The notes below the pieces were generated by a model, which saw nothing but the letters and a program-made list of their open reading frames with translations, had not been told where the DNA came from and made no database searches. This document shows positions 20,458-28,122 of a stretch of DNA of 34,065 nucleotides, piece after piece. Source of the DNA: an uncultured Cellvibrionales bacterium (GTDB taxonomy: Bacteria > Pseudomonadota > Gammaproteobacteria > Pseudomonadales > Porticoccaceae); NCBI GenBank assembly GCA_937920185.1, contig CALGJN010000393.1:1-34065 (forward strand), given 5' to 3'. A program made the position numbers and the translations under genes. Positions within the stretch are counted from its first letter, which is position 1; every line of letters starts with the position of its first letter.

Positions 20458-21627
20458 CTATGCGCTCTGGGTAAATAGTTCACGGCCAATCAGCATTCGC
20501 CGCACCTCGGACGTTCCCGCACCGATTTCATAGAGCTTGGCATCGCGCAACAGACGACCGGCGGCATAGTCATTGGTATAGCCGTTACCACCGAGCGCCT
20601 GAATCGCCTGGAGAGCCATTTGCGTGGCCTTTTCGGCGGTGTATAGAATCACCGCCGCCGCGTCTTTGCGCGAGTCCTGACCGAGATCGCAAGCCCGCGC
20701 TACGGCGTACAGGTAGGCACGCGAGGCATTCAACTCGGTATACATATCGGCGATCTTACCCTGCATCAACTGAAACTCGCCAATCGCTTGGCCAAATTGC
20801 TGGCGCTGATGCACGTAGGGTAAGACCGTGTCTAGGCAAGCCTGCATGATGCCTACCGGCCCACCGGAAAGTACCGTGCGCTCGTAATCGAGACCCGACA
20901 TAAGCACCGCCACGCCACGCCCCTCGCCGCCGAGGACATTGTCTAGCGGCACCTGGCAGTCCTGAAAAACCAACTCGCACGTATTGGAGCCGCGCATGCC
21001 GAGTTTGTCGAGCTTTGGGCTGCGCGAAAATCCCGCGGTATTGCGCTCGACAATTAATGCAGTAATCCCCTTGGATCCCGCAGAACTGTCGGTTTTGGCG
21101 TAAATAATATAGGTATCGGCATCCGGGCCATTGGTAATCCACATCTTGTTGCCGTTCAACACATAGTGATTCCCCTGACGCCGCGCGCTGAGTTGCATAC
21201 TGACAACGTCGGAACCGGCGTTCGGTTCGCTCATCGCCAGCGCGCCGATATGTTCGCCGGAGCAGAGCTTGGGCAGATAGCGTATTTTTTGCGCTTCGCT
21301 GCCATTTTTGTACAACTGATTGACGCATAAGTTAGCGTGAGCGCCATACGATAAGCCGACCGATGCCGAGGCGCGAGAAATCTCCTCCATGGCCACTGCG
21401 TGAGCCAAATAGCCCATATTTGAGCCACCGTATTGCTCGCTGACGGTAATGCCGAGCAAGCCCATATCACCCAGTTTTCGCCACAGATCAGAAGGGAAAT
21501 CGTTGCTCTGATCTATGGCACTGGCGCGCGGCGCGATTTCTGCCGCGCAGAACTGGAATACCGCGTCGCGGAGCATGTCGATATCGCTACCAAGATTAAA
21601 ATTTAAACTGGGATAAGAAGTATTCAT
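20458..21627 (-). CDS. liuA: Isovaleryl-CoA dehydrogenase
   Basis: [48 protein letters not shown]. Confidence 0.96.
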   Translation of the reverse strand: MNTSYPSLNFNLGSDIDMLRDAVFQFCAAEIAPRASAIDQSNDFPSDLWRKLGDMGLLGITVSEQYGGSNMGYLAHAVAMEEISRASASVGLSYGAHANLCVNQLYKNGSEAQKIRYLPKLCSGEHIGALAMSEPNAGSDVVSMQLSARRQGNHYVLNGNKMWITNGPDADTYIIYAKTDSSAGSKGITALIVERNTAGFSRSPKLDKLGMRGSNTCELVFQDCQVPLDNVLGGEGRGVAVLMSGLDYERTVLSGGPVGIMQACLDTVLPYVHQRQQFGQAIGEFQLMQGKIADMYTELNASRAYLYAVARACDLGQDSRKDAAAVILYTAEKATQMALQAIQALGGNGYTNDYAAGRLLRDAKLYEIGAGTSEVRRMLIGRELFTQSA

Positions 21628-22010
21628 GAATGATCTGTCCGGTTGGATTTTAGCGCGTCGATACAGTCGGCTTCGGCCTGATTGAGGTCTTTTAACAGGC
21701 TGCCTATATCGTCGAGCTGTTGGGTTAATTGCAGGCGTTGGACTTGAATGGCGGTAATTAATTTTTTTAGCTGATCGATATTGCTTTTACCCGGTTCGTA
21801 CATGTCGATTATCTCGCGAGAGTCCTCTAGCGACAGGCCGAGACGCTTACCCCGCAAAATCAGTTTTAGCCGCGTGCGATCGGCAGGACTATAGATGCGC
21901 GTCTGGCCGCGACGCCTCGGCGCCACCAACCCACGCTCCTCGTAGTGACGAATGGTGCGCGTGGTCACCTGAAACTCTTTGGAAAGTTGCGAAATGCTGT
22001 ACTCGCGCAT
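21624..22010 (-). CDS. liuR: MerR-family regulator LiuR
   Basis: [39 protein letters not shown]; first gene of the liu operon. Confidence 0.93.
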   Translation of the reverse strand: MREYSISQLSKEFQVTTRTIRHYEERGLVAPRRRGQTRIYSPADRTRLKLILRGKRLGLSLEDSREIIDMYEPGKSNIDQLKKLITAIQVQRLQLTQQLDDIGSLLKDLNQAEADCIDALKSNRTDHS

Positions 22011-22046
22011 AAAACACCGTAGCTAAATAGCCTGAACGAGGAACCA

Positions 22047-22076
22047 GTATAATATGACCTTTACGTCAACGTAAAG
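22047..22076 (-). promoter_or_regulatory. liu promoter with LiuR box CTTTACGT-CA-ACGTAAAG (22059-22076)
   Basis: Perfect 8-2-8 palindrome matching the LiuR consensus TTTACGTnnACGTAAA; the minus strand reads TTTACG-N18-TATACT as candidate -35/-10. Confidence 0.85.
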
Positions 22077-22262
22077 TATTGATGGCTGCGTTTGTTTGAA
22101 ACCACCCCATTTCTGGAAGTATGCCGTGGTGTGAGGTGACCTTATCAACAAGGTCGATAAGTTTGTCTATTACGCCGTTTATTACCAGGCCTGCGAAATC
22201 TTTTGGCATCATCAAACCGATACGTTGCACAGCAATTGGAACGCTCCGGCAGATCTGTTTCG

Positions 22263-23663
22263 CTACTCGATTGGGGTATTTGAGCGCGCAACCTCTTGCT
22301 CTTCGCGACGCACCGCACGCAACGGCGTATCGCGCAGATAGATAAAAGACGCCAGTACAAAGGTCAATCCTTCGGCCACCGGCAACGCGGCGATAAACCG
22401 GTAGTCGTTCAAAACACTGTACGACAGGGTCAATAGAGCGGCCGGCAGAATCAGGCTGCGACTAATCGAAATCAAACCCGACTGAAACGGCCGATGGATG
22501 GCGGTCAGATAACCGCATATCAACATATTGACACCGGCGAATAGAAACAGCGGCCAGACCAAGCCGACAAAGGTCATCGCGAGTTGCAGCGTATCACTGC
22601 CCTGCCCTACCCGGTGATCGATAAACAGTCCAATCAATGGCTCACTGGCGCTCAACAACACAGCGATACACAGAGCGCCGACCAGACCGACCGCGACCAG
22701 CGCGGTTTTCAAAAATGCGCGTATCCGCTCGGGATTACGCGCGCCGAAATTTTGTGAGACCATCACCTGAATGCTATCGGATATGGCAAAAAAAGCCATA
22801 AAACCCACCATTAACATGTAGTTGACCACGGTGATCGCGGCGACGCCTTCCACCCCCGCACGCTGAATCAACATCCAGTTAAAGATCAACGCGATAATTC
22901 CGCCCGACACCTCATTAATAAATTCAGACAAGCCGTTATAGGCCGCGCGCAACACCTCCATCCAGTCTTTTTGCCGCCAGGCAAAGCGCAGCACCCGTTT
23001 GTGCTTTAAAAAATAGCTAAGCAATACCACCATCGACGCCACCTGCGATAATCCGGTGGCAATTGCTGCGCCTACCAAACCCCAGTCATAGACAGCAATA
23101 AAGAGATAATCGAGGGCGATATTGAGCGCTGCGCCGACACCCAGAGCCGCGGCCGCCAGATTGGGCGAGTCATCGAGGCGAACAAAAAAGTACAGCGCGA
23201 TGGTGATAAATTGTGGCAGTAAAAACGGCGCAGCGATCCGGTAGTACTCGCTCATCACCGGGAATAAGTCGGCGCTAGCGCCGAGTCCGGCAAACAACTG
23301 GCGCTCAAATAGCAGCGCCATTGCGATCGCCAAAAAGCCATAAAACACCATGAATATGAGTGTCTTACTAAAGATCGCTGAGGCCGCCGGAATATTCTTT
23401 TCGCCGAGATACTTACCACCGCGCACCGACGCGCCGACGCCCACCATAATGCAAATACCAAAGCTCAACGTCAGGATTGGGATGATCAGGTTGACCGCGG
23501 CCAGCGCGGTAACGCCAACGTAGTTGCCGATAAAAATACCATCCACCAGCGACCCCGAGGTCATGGCCAGCAGGCCGATCAATGACGGCAGCAGATACTT
23601 GATAAAGGTCGGCACAATAGCGCCATCCAGAGCCCGGTTGTGCTCTGCACTATCGCCGTTCAT
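22263..23663 (-). CDS. MATE-family efflux transporter
   Basis: 466 aa, about 12 hydrophobic segments; VDGIFIGNYVG, ALAAVN, NIALDYLFI, GLVGAAIAT, SQNFGA. Confidence 0.93.
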   Translation of the reverse strand: MNGDSAEHNRALDGAIVPTFIKYLLPSLIGLLAMTSGSLVDGIFIGNYVGVTALAAVNLIIPILTLSFGICIMVGVGASVRGGKYLGEKNIPAASAIFSKTLIFMVFYGFLAIAMALLFERQLFAGLGASADLFPVMSEYYRIAAPFLLPQFITIALYFFVRLDDSPNLAAAALGVGAALNIALDYLFIAVYDWGLVGAAIATGLSQVASMVVLLSYFLKHKRVLRFAWRQKDWMEVLRAAYNGLSEFINEVSGGIIALIFNWMLIQRAGVEGVAAITVVNYMLMVGFMAFFAISDSIQVMVSQNFGARNPERIRAFLKTALVAVGLVGALCIAVLLSASEPLIGLFIDHRVGQGSDTLQLAMTFVGLVWPLFLFAGVNMLICGYLTAIHRPFQSGLISISRSLILPAALLTLSYSVLNDYRFIAALPVAEGLTFVLASFIYLRDTPLRAVRREEQEVARSNTPIE

Positions 23664-23754
23664 ACAACAGACCTACCTAGATTAATACCAGCGGATGGGG
23701 AGCACTCGCCGTTGCGGGGCAGTTCTGGGCAACACAACTGCGGTATAGACCATC

Positions 23755-23783
23755 AACATACCCGTCGCGGCGACGGACGGCAA
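23755..23783 (-). promoter_or_regulatory. Candidate MATE promoter TTGCCG-N17-TATGTT with a spacer dyad CCGTCGC-N-GCGACGG
   Basis: 7-1-7 dyad at 23762-23776 between -35-like and -10-like hexamers, about 90 bp upstream of the MATE start. Confidence 0.45.
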
Positions 23784-23809
23784 TCAGTTTTTAGCCAAAC
23801 TGACGATCA

Positions 23810-23838
23810 ACTGCGGTGATAGGCAGAATCACCGCAGT
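23810..23838. other. Perfect 11-bp stem hairpin (ACTGCGGTGAT-N7-ATCACCGCAGT)
   Basis: Directly visible inverted repeat; no U-tract on either side. Confidence 0.6.
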
Positions 23839-23923
23839 GATGACGGGCAAAGCCCATTGCTTGATCGGCATAGCGCAAGCCCAATCTCTAAGGTTGAATC
23901 ACGCGATTTAAGCCGCCGGCGGT

Positions 23924-24077
23924 GAATTGCTCAAATAAATAAGCTCAAATTAAGAGACTCAACTGAAGAAGCTCGGATTAAGAGGCTCGGATTAAGAGGC
24001 TCGAATTAAGAAGCTCGGATTAAGAGGCTCGAATCAAGAGGCTCGAATCAAGAAGCTCGAATCAAGAGGCTCGAATT
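23924..24077. repeat. 14-bp tandem repeat AAGARGCTCGRATY, 8 conserved units (23966-24077) plus 3 degenerate upstream units
   Basis: Units read directly; no spacers between them. Confidence 0.92.
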
Positions 24078-24223
24078 AAACGCTCTGCACTAAAAGAGAG
24101 CCTATCAACGGCGAGCGCTATGCAATCATAGGCGGCACCGCCGTGGTCAATCGTCGACCATGAGCCATGGGCATGGGTATGGGTAATCTAAAATAACGCA
24201 ACCTCGACCCGGGCATACATGGG

Positions 24224-24267
24224 CCTTACCCCTTACCCCTTACCCCTTACCCCTTACCCCTTACCCC
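24224..24267. repeat. Heptamer microsatellite (CCTTACC)6, i.e. (GGGGTAA)n on the minus strand
   Basis: Six perfect copies at 24224-24265. Confidence 0.95.
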
Positions 24268-24469
24268 AAGCCCAAAAACAGGCTTGCCATCCCAAAGTGA
24301 CTTTACCAAGGCTTGCGGCTCTCTCGGTGCGCTAAAAACACAAAAGGAGATCGGCAACAAAGCCCAAACAGCGAAAGTAAAAGCGATAATTTCGCCTGTA
24401 TCTAAGCGCCACCATCGCCCAACTGCAAGCTTCATCGATATCCCGATGGAGCCATCCTGGTTAACACCA

Positions 24470-24501
24470 AACACCCCGGTGTGCAGTGTGCCCGAGGTGT
24501 T
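24470..24501 (-). terminator. Possible intrinsic terminator of the 254-aa gene
   Basis: Minus-strand stem AACACCTCGG/CCGGGGTGTT (one G-U pair), 15 nt after the stop, with a weak U-tail. Confidence 0.4.
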
Positions 24502-24515
24502 CAAGCTCCAGACGC

Positions 24516-25280
24516 CTACTCGGCGCTCTTGCCACCCACGGGTTGAGCGGCCCAGACTTGCGGAATATCGCACTGCGCGATGTCGCCGTAGGTTGCGTTG
24601 AGCACCTGTCCGGTTCCCGCATTCATCATATCCACCGCCTTACCGCGGTCGGCCAAGGAACTCGTCAAATAGACGTTCACAAAGTCGGCAGTGCTCGCGC
24701 GCGGCCAACCTGCACCAGGCAACCAGCGATAAATACCACCCGGCATACCGACTTCATCGAGGTGTGCATTCCATTTCTTATCCGCCACCGCAAGATCGAC
24801 AAAACCCTTGCCGTCGTTGAACTCGCAGGACCACACCGTCAAGAAACCTGCACCACCGGCGTCAGCCATTGGCCGGACGTCGACGCTGGTGGCGTAACCG
24901 TGCCAATCACAGGGTGCAACAGCATCAAATTTTTTCGCCAACTTGGCCCCACTACCCATCCATTCGTCATTGATCACACCCATGCTGTGATGGTCTTTGG
25001 TAATCCCTAGCCAGATCGTATCAAAGCCAAAGTCTGCCTTGTTGGCTGCCGCTGGGGTCAGCATGTAACCGCGATAAGCCACGCTGAAATTACTCTCAGC
25101 CCAAGCATCCCATTGCTTGGCGACCTTTAATAGATCTTCGCTGTCCCTACCTTCGGCATAGCTGCAGCCATAAATTTCCAGCGCCGCAGTATTCGGTCGA
25201 GCATGATGATCTGCCGCCACGCCTAGGGCGGTTACAAGTGCCGCTGTACCGATCAGTATCAGTCCAATTGTGTTTTTCAT
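24516..25280 (-). CDS. Secreted hypothetical protein with two internal repeats
   Basis: Signal peptide MKNTIGLILIGTAALVTALGVAA; GAGGG SD; repeat halves LEIYGCSYAEGRDSEDL..KQWDAW and LTVWSCEFNDGKGFVDL..KKWNAH. Confidence 0.85.
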   Translation of the reverse strand: MKNTIGLILIGTAALVTALGVAADHHARPNTAALEIYGCSYAEGRDSEDLLKVAKQWDAWAESNFSVAYRGYMLTPAAANKADFGFDTIWLGITKDHHSMGVINDEWMGSGAKLAKKFDAVAPCDWHGYATSVDVRPMADAGGAGFLTVWSCEFNDGKGFVDLAVADKKWNAHLDEVGMPGGIYRWLPGAGWPRASTADFVNVYLTSSLADRGKAVDMMNAGTGQVLNATYGDIAQCDIPQVWAAQPVGGKSAE

Positions 25281-25529
25281 AGTGTTGCCCTCGTTGATTA
25301 GTTGGTTCGTTTATAACAGTGCTAAAACCACTTTTCTTCAGCCAATCCGCCAAAGAAATCTATTCATTAATAAATAATAACCGACGGCTATAACGATTAA
25401 TAGTGGAAGAAACCTGTTTAACCAGCATTTGTGCGATTATTGAAAAAATACAACGCATGATGTTATAGCCGCCGCACTCTTTGGGCGTTTTTGAGAGACT
25501 CAACACTAGCTCAAGACTGCGCTGGCTTG

Positions 25530-25757
25530 CTAACGCTGATGATTGCGCGCCGCCAGTGACGCGTCGATGCCGGCGCGCCCGTCGGACGCCGATATACCGA
25601 CAGCATGGGTGAACTTATCGCTGCTGAGTACCGAATAAGCAGGCCACTGTGGGGCCGTTGGGTAGTCCGTCGTAGCTACTGCGGCCACCTGTTTCGCTAG
25701 CGACCAACCCCGCGCTTGGCCGCGGATAAAAATTGCCGAGGCAAACTCGTACCGCGA
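25530..25757 (-). pseudogene. rfbD: C-terminal fragment of dTDP-4-dehydrorhamnose reductase
   Basis: Manual translation SRYEFASAIF...VATTDYPTAPQWPAYSVLSSDKF...GISASDGRAGI, cf. RfbD SWYEFA..IF, TT.DYPTPA.RPAYSVL and SDWR; no N-terminal part present. Confidence 0.85.
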
Positions 25758-25963
25758 TCAGGCTCTATCGCCAGCGTCAATGCATCGATTCCATTGGCGC
25801 AGATAATGGCGTGCTTCATGCCCACATAGTCTGCCAATTGCTGACCGAGTTCGCCGACCTCGGCGCCCTAAATATATTAGCCATGATCGAGTACGGCTTG
25901 AATTCGAGCAGCAATTTTAGCCTTTAAGTGCTGATACTGGGTCGCTAAATCAATAAACTGATT
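25758..25963 (-). pseudogene. N-terminal fragment of a DegT/DnrJ/EryC1/StrS aminotransferase (WbpE-like)
   Basis: QFIDLATQYQHLKAKIAARIQAVLDHG*YI*GAEVGELGQQLADYVGMKHAIICANGIDAL; two in-frame stops, no start codon, truncated. Confidence 0.88.
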
Positions 25964-26011
25964 AGTTAGCCCAACGCGGTTGGCTCTAAAGCTTACGGCA
26001 AATACCATCGA

Positions 26012-26381
26012 CTAGCCTGTAGAGATCACCCCTCGATCGACCAGCTTACTAGAGCCAATATCTGGGCAGTTTTCTTTAAAAGTAATGCCCAATACCCGGA
26101 TGCGCGCGGTCGACACGGTAACAATACAAAACTGATAATCTTTTAATTCGTCAATTAAAGAAGAAAAACTGAGTCCGTTGGCTTGAGATAAACCCTCACC
26201 TATGGCCTCGCGCATGCTATCGGTGCCTTTTTTAAGCTCGGTAATACGCTCGGATATCAAAACCGACCGTGCCGCGCCTCACGCCAAACGCCACCGCCAC
26301 CGCCACCGCCAATGAAAGCTCTAAATAACCGAGACCGATAATTGCGATTTTTGCCGAATCTAACGTTGCTAAGCACTTCAT
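26012..26381 (-). pseudogene. tviB: Remnant of UDP-N-acetylhexosamine 6-dehydrogenase (TviB/WbpO family)
   Basis: From ATG 26381: MKCLATLDSAKIAIIGLGYLELSLAVAVAVAFG..TVGFDI, frameshift, then ERITELKKGTDS...IVTVST joined directly to the C-terminal motif ARIRVLGITFKENCPDI. Confidence 0.87.
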
Positions 26382-26396
26382 TTTCCGTTCTAAAAT

Positions 26397-26407
26397 ACGC
26401 TACCACC
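26397..26407 (-). promoter_or_regulatory. ops-like element GGTGGTAGCGT (RfaH loading site, one mismatch to GGCGGTAGCGT)
   Basis: On the coding strand, 15 nt upstream of the tviB-remnant ATG. Confidence 0.5.
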
Positions 26408-26413
26408 CGAATC

Positions 26414-26511
26414 CATGCACCCATTGACTCATGCACCCATGCACCCATGCACCCATGCACCCATGCATTGTCAAAGGTCAAAGGTCAAAGGACAAAGGTC
26501 ATAGGTCATAG
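26414..26511. repeat. Adjacent microsatellites: (CATGCACC) about 4.75 copies at 26430-26467 plus one at 26414-26421, and (GTCAAAG/GTCATAG)6 at 26470-26511
   Basis: Read directly; the heptamer array overlaps the kinase stop codon. Confidence 0.9.
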
Positions 26512-27494
26512 GCCCGTCTAATCTCGTCAAAATCAGCGTCGCTCAGCCTCGGCCCAAACTGTTGGACAACCCTAGATGCGCAATAATTGGCAAAATCTAG
26601 TGCCCACTGCGTCTTTCGACCTGAGGTGACAGCATACAGAAATGCTCCGGCAAACATGTCGCCCGCGCCATTGGTGTCAATTGCATTAACTGCAATGCCG
26701 TGCGTTGTATGCGTATTGTTGCCATCAAAAAACAGCGCGCCTTGAGCGCCGTTAGTGATCACGAACGTCGAGGCATATTTTGCCAGTGCCGCCGTCGCGC
26801 CATCGATGCTGGCTGCACCCGTAAACGTCAGCGCCTCCTGAATATTACAAAACAGCATGTCGATTCCCGAACCGATAATTTGACGCAAACTGCCGCCAAA
26901 CAATTCGACGACAAAGGGGTCGGACAGACTTACTGCCACTCTAACGCCATTCTCTCTGGCCATATCAACCAAGCTTTCAGCCATCTCTGCGCGCCGTTGA
27001 TCGGTGACTAAATAGCCTTCTAAATACAACCATTGTGATGTCGCCAGCGCGCTCTGATCGATCTCTCGCATAGACAGATCCTCGCTGACGCCTAAAAATG
27101 TATTCATGGTGCGCTCGGCATCACTGCTCACCATCACTAAACATTTACCGGTTACCCCCGATTCGGGCGAGGCGCTTTGGAATGTCACACCGCAGGCCAT
27201 CAGATCGTCAGCGTATAGCTCACCATCGTTATCCCGCGCTACCTTGCCACTAAAAAAAGTCTTCGCCCCAAGCTGACTTGCAGCCACCATCGAGTTGCAC
27301 ACCGAACCACCGCATTTACGAATGATGTTCGATGAGTCCGATGATAACAGCGACAGCAGCTCCGCTTGGCGTGGTTGATCAACCAGAGTCATCACGCCTT
27401 TTTTAATCTCTGCGGTCGATAAAAATTCGTCTTCCACAGCAACTTCGGTATCGACCAATGCCGCCCCAACCCCATAAATTGCATATTTTTTCAA
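26499..27494 (-). CDS. PfkB-family kinase (adenosine kinase-like)
   Basis: GVGAALVD, KGVMTLVD, CGGSVCNS, DAERTMNTFLG, YLEGYL, DTNGAGDMFAGAFL; TTG 27494 preferred start (ATG 27548 is possible). Confidence 0.9.
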   Translation of the reverse strand: MKKYAIYGVGAALVDTEVAVEDEFLSTAEIKKGVMTLVDQPRQAELLSLLSSDSSNIIRKCGGSVCNSMVAASQLGAKTFFSGKVARDNDGELYADDLMACGVTFQSASPESGVTGKCLVMVSSDAERTMNTFLGVSEDLSMREIDQSALATSQWLYLEGYLVTDQRRAEMAESLVDMARENGVRVAVSLSDPFVVELFGGSLRQIIGSGIDMLFCNIQEALTFTGAASIDGATAALAKYASTFVITNGAQGALFFDGNNTHTTHGIAVNAIDTNGAGDMFAGAFLYAVTSGRKTQWALDFANYCASRVVQQFGPRLSDADFDEIRRAYDL

Positions 27495-27549
27495 CTTGCG
27501 TTCCCCATTTTTATGCGCAGTCAACTGAACTTTGCTTCGCGTAGCCATA

Positions 27550-27890
27550 TTATCTAAAGCAGATCCACGATGGCTGGCTCAACTCTTCTTTTATCTGTGA
27601 AATTTATTCGCGCAAAGCATCGCACTATAGCTGCTTTTTCGCCAAAAACCGCGCGGTAATACCACTCTTCTCAGCGAGCCCGCCGGGCGTCAGTAAATAT
27701 GCATAACGCCACTTTCGGCTCGAGCGTTTAAAATTTCTAAACTTTATCCAGCCGACATCAATTAAGCTGCGAACTGACTCGCGGGGCTTACCAAGACCCA
27801 CGCCCAACGCAGTAAACACCCGTCTGCTGCGTTAAATCTGGTCGCTCCTAAAGCAGTTTGAGCGGGCGATATTCTAATGCTTGTTTGACC
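27550..27890 (-). pseudogene. MarR-family EPS-associated transcriptional regulator, inactivated
   Basis: KQALEYRPLKLL*ERPDLTQQ, frameshift, ALGVGLGK..SLIDVGWIKFRNFKRSSRKWRYAYLLTPGGLAEKSGITARFLAKKQL*CDALRE*ISQI; the YxYLLTPxG..EK signature is present. Confidence 0.88.
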
Positions 27891-27934
27891 TCACCTCACC
27901 TCACCTCACCTCACCTCACCTCACCTCACCTCAC
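27888..27934. repeat. Pentamer microsatellite (ACCTC)9, i.e. (GAGGT)9 on the coding strand
   Basis: Nine perfect copies immediately 5' of the MarR pseudogene. Confidence 0.95.
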
Positions 27935-28122
27935 AAAAAGTCTAGCTGAGTCTGGTTGTTATTCACACAACCATTATGGCCTTCACAGAATGAACGAGAT
28001 AGCCCAGCAGTGAAGTACTACAAAGTCGTAAATTGCAGTACCGAGTAGCGTCAAAAACAGTGTCGTTGTGATTGATGGCAAAGGCGCGCTGTACACATCA
28101 ATGTTAGAAAAAGCGGCCCTAA

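Noticed and set aside
23924-24077. CRISPR array
   Set aside because: The 14-bp units are contiguous with no unique spacers, and there are no cas genes.
24247-24601. ORFs 24247-24573 (-) and 24284-24601 (+)
   Set aside because: They overlap the 254-aa gene, one runs into the microsatellite, and neither has a recognisable motif; a decayed membrane-protein fragment cannot be excluded.
26257-26481. 74-aa ORF with AWVHGCMG repeats and poly-Gly
   Set aside because: It is an off-frame reading of the octamer repeat and the tviB remnant.
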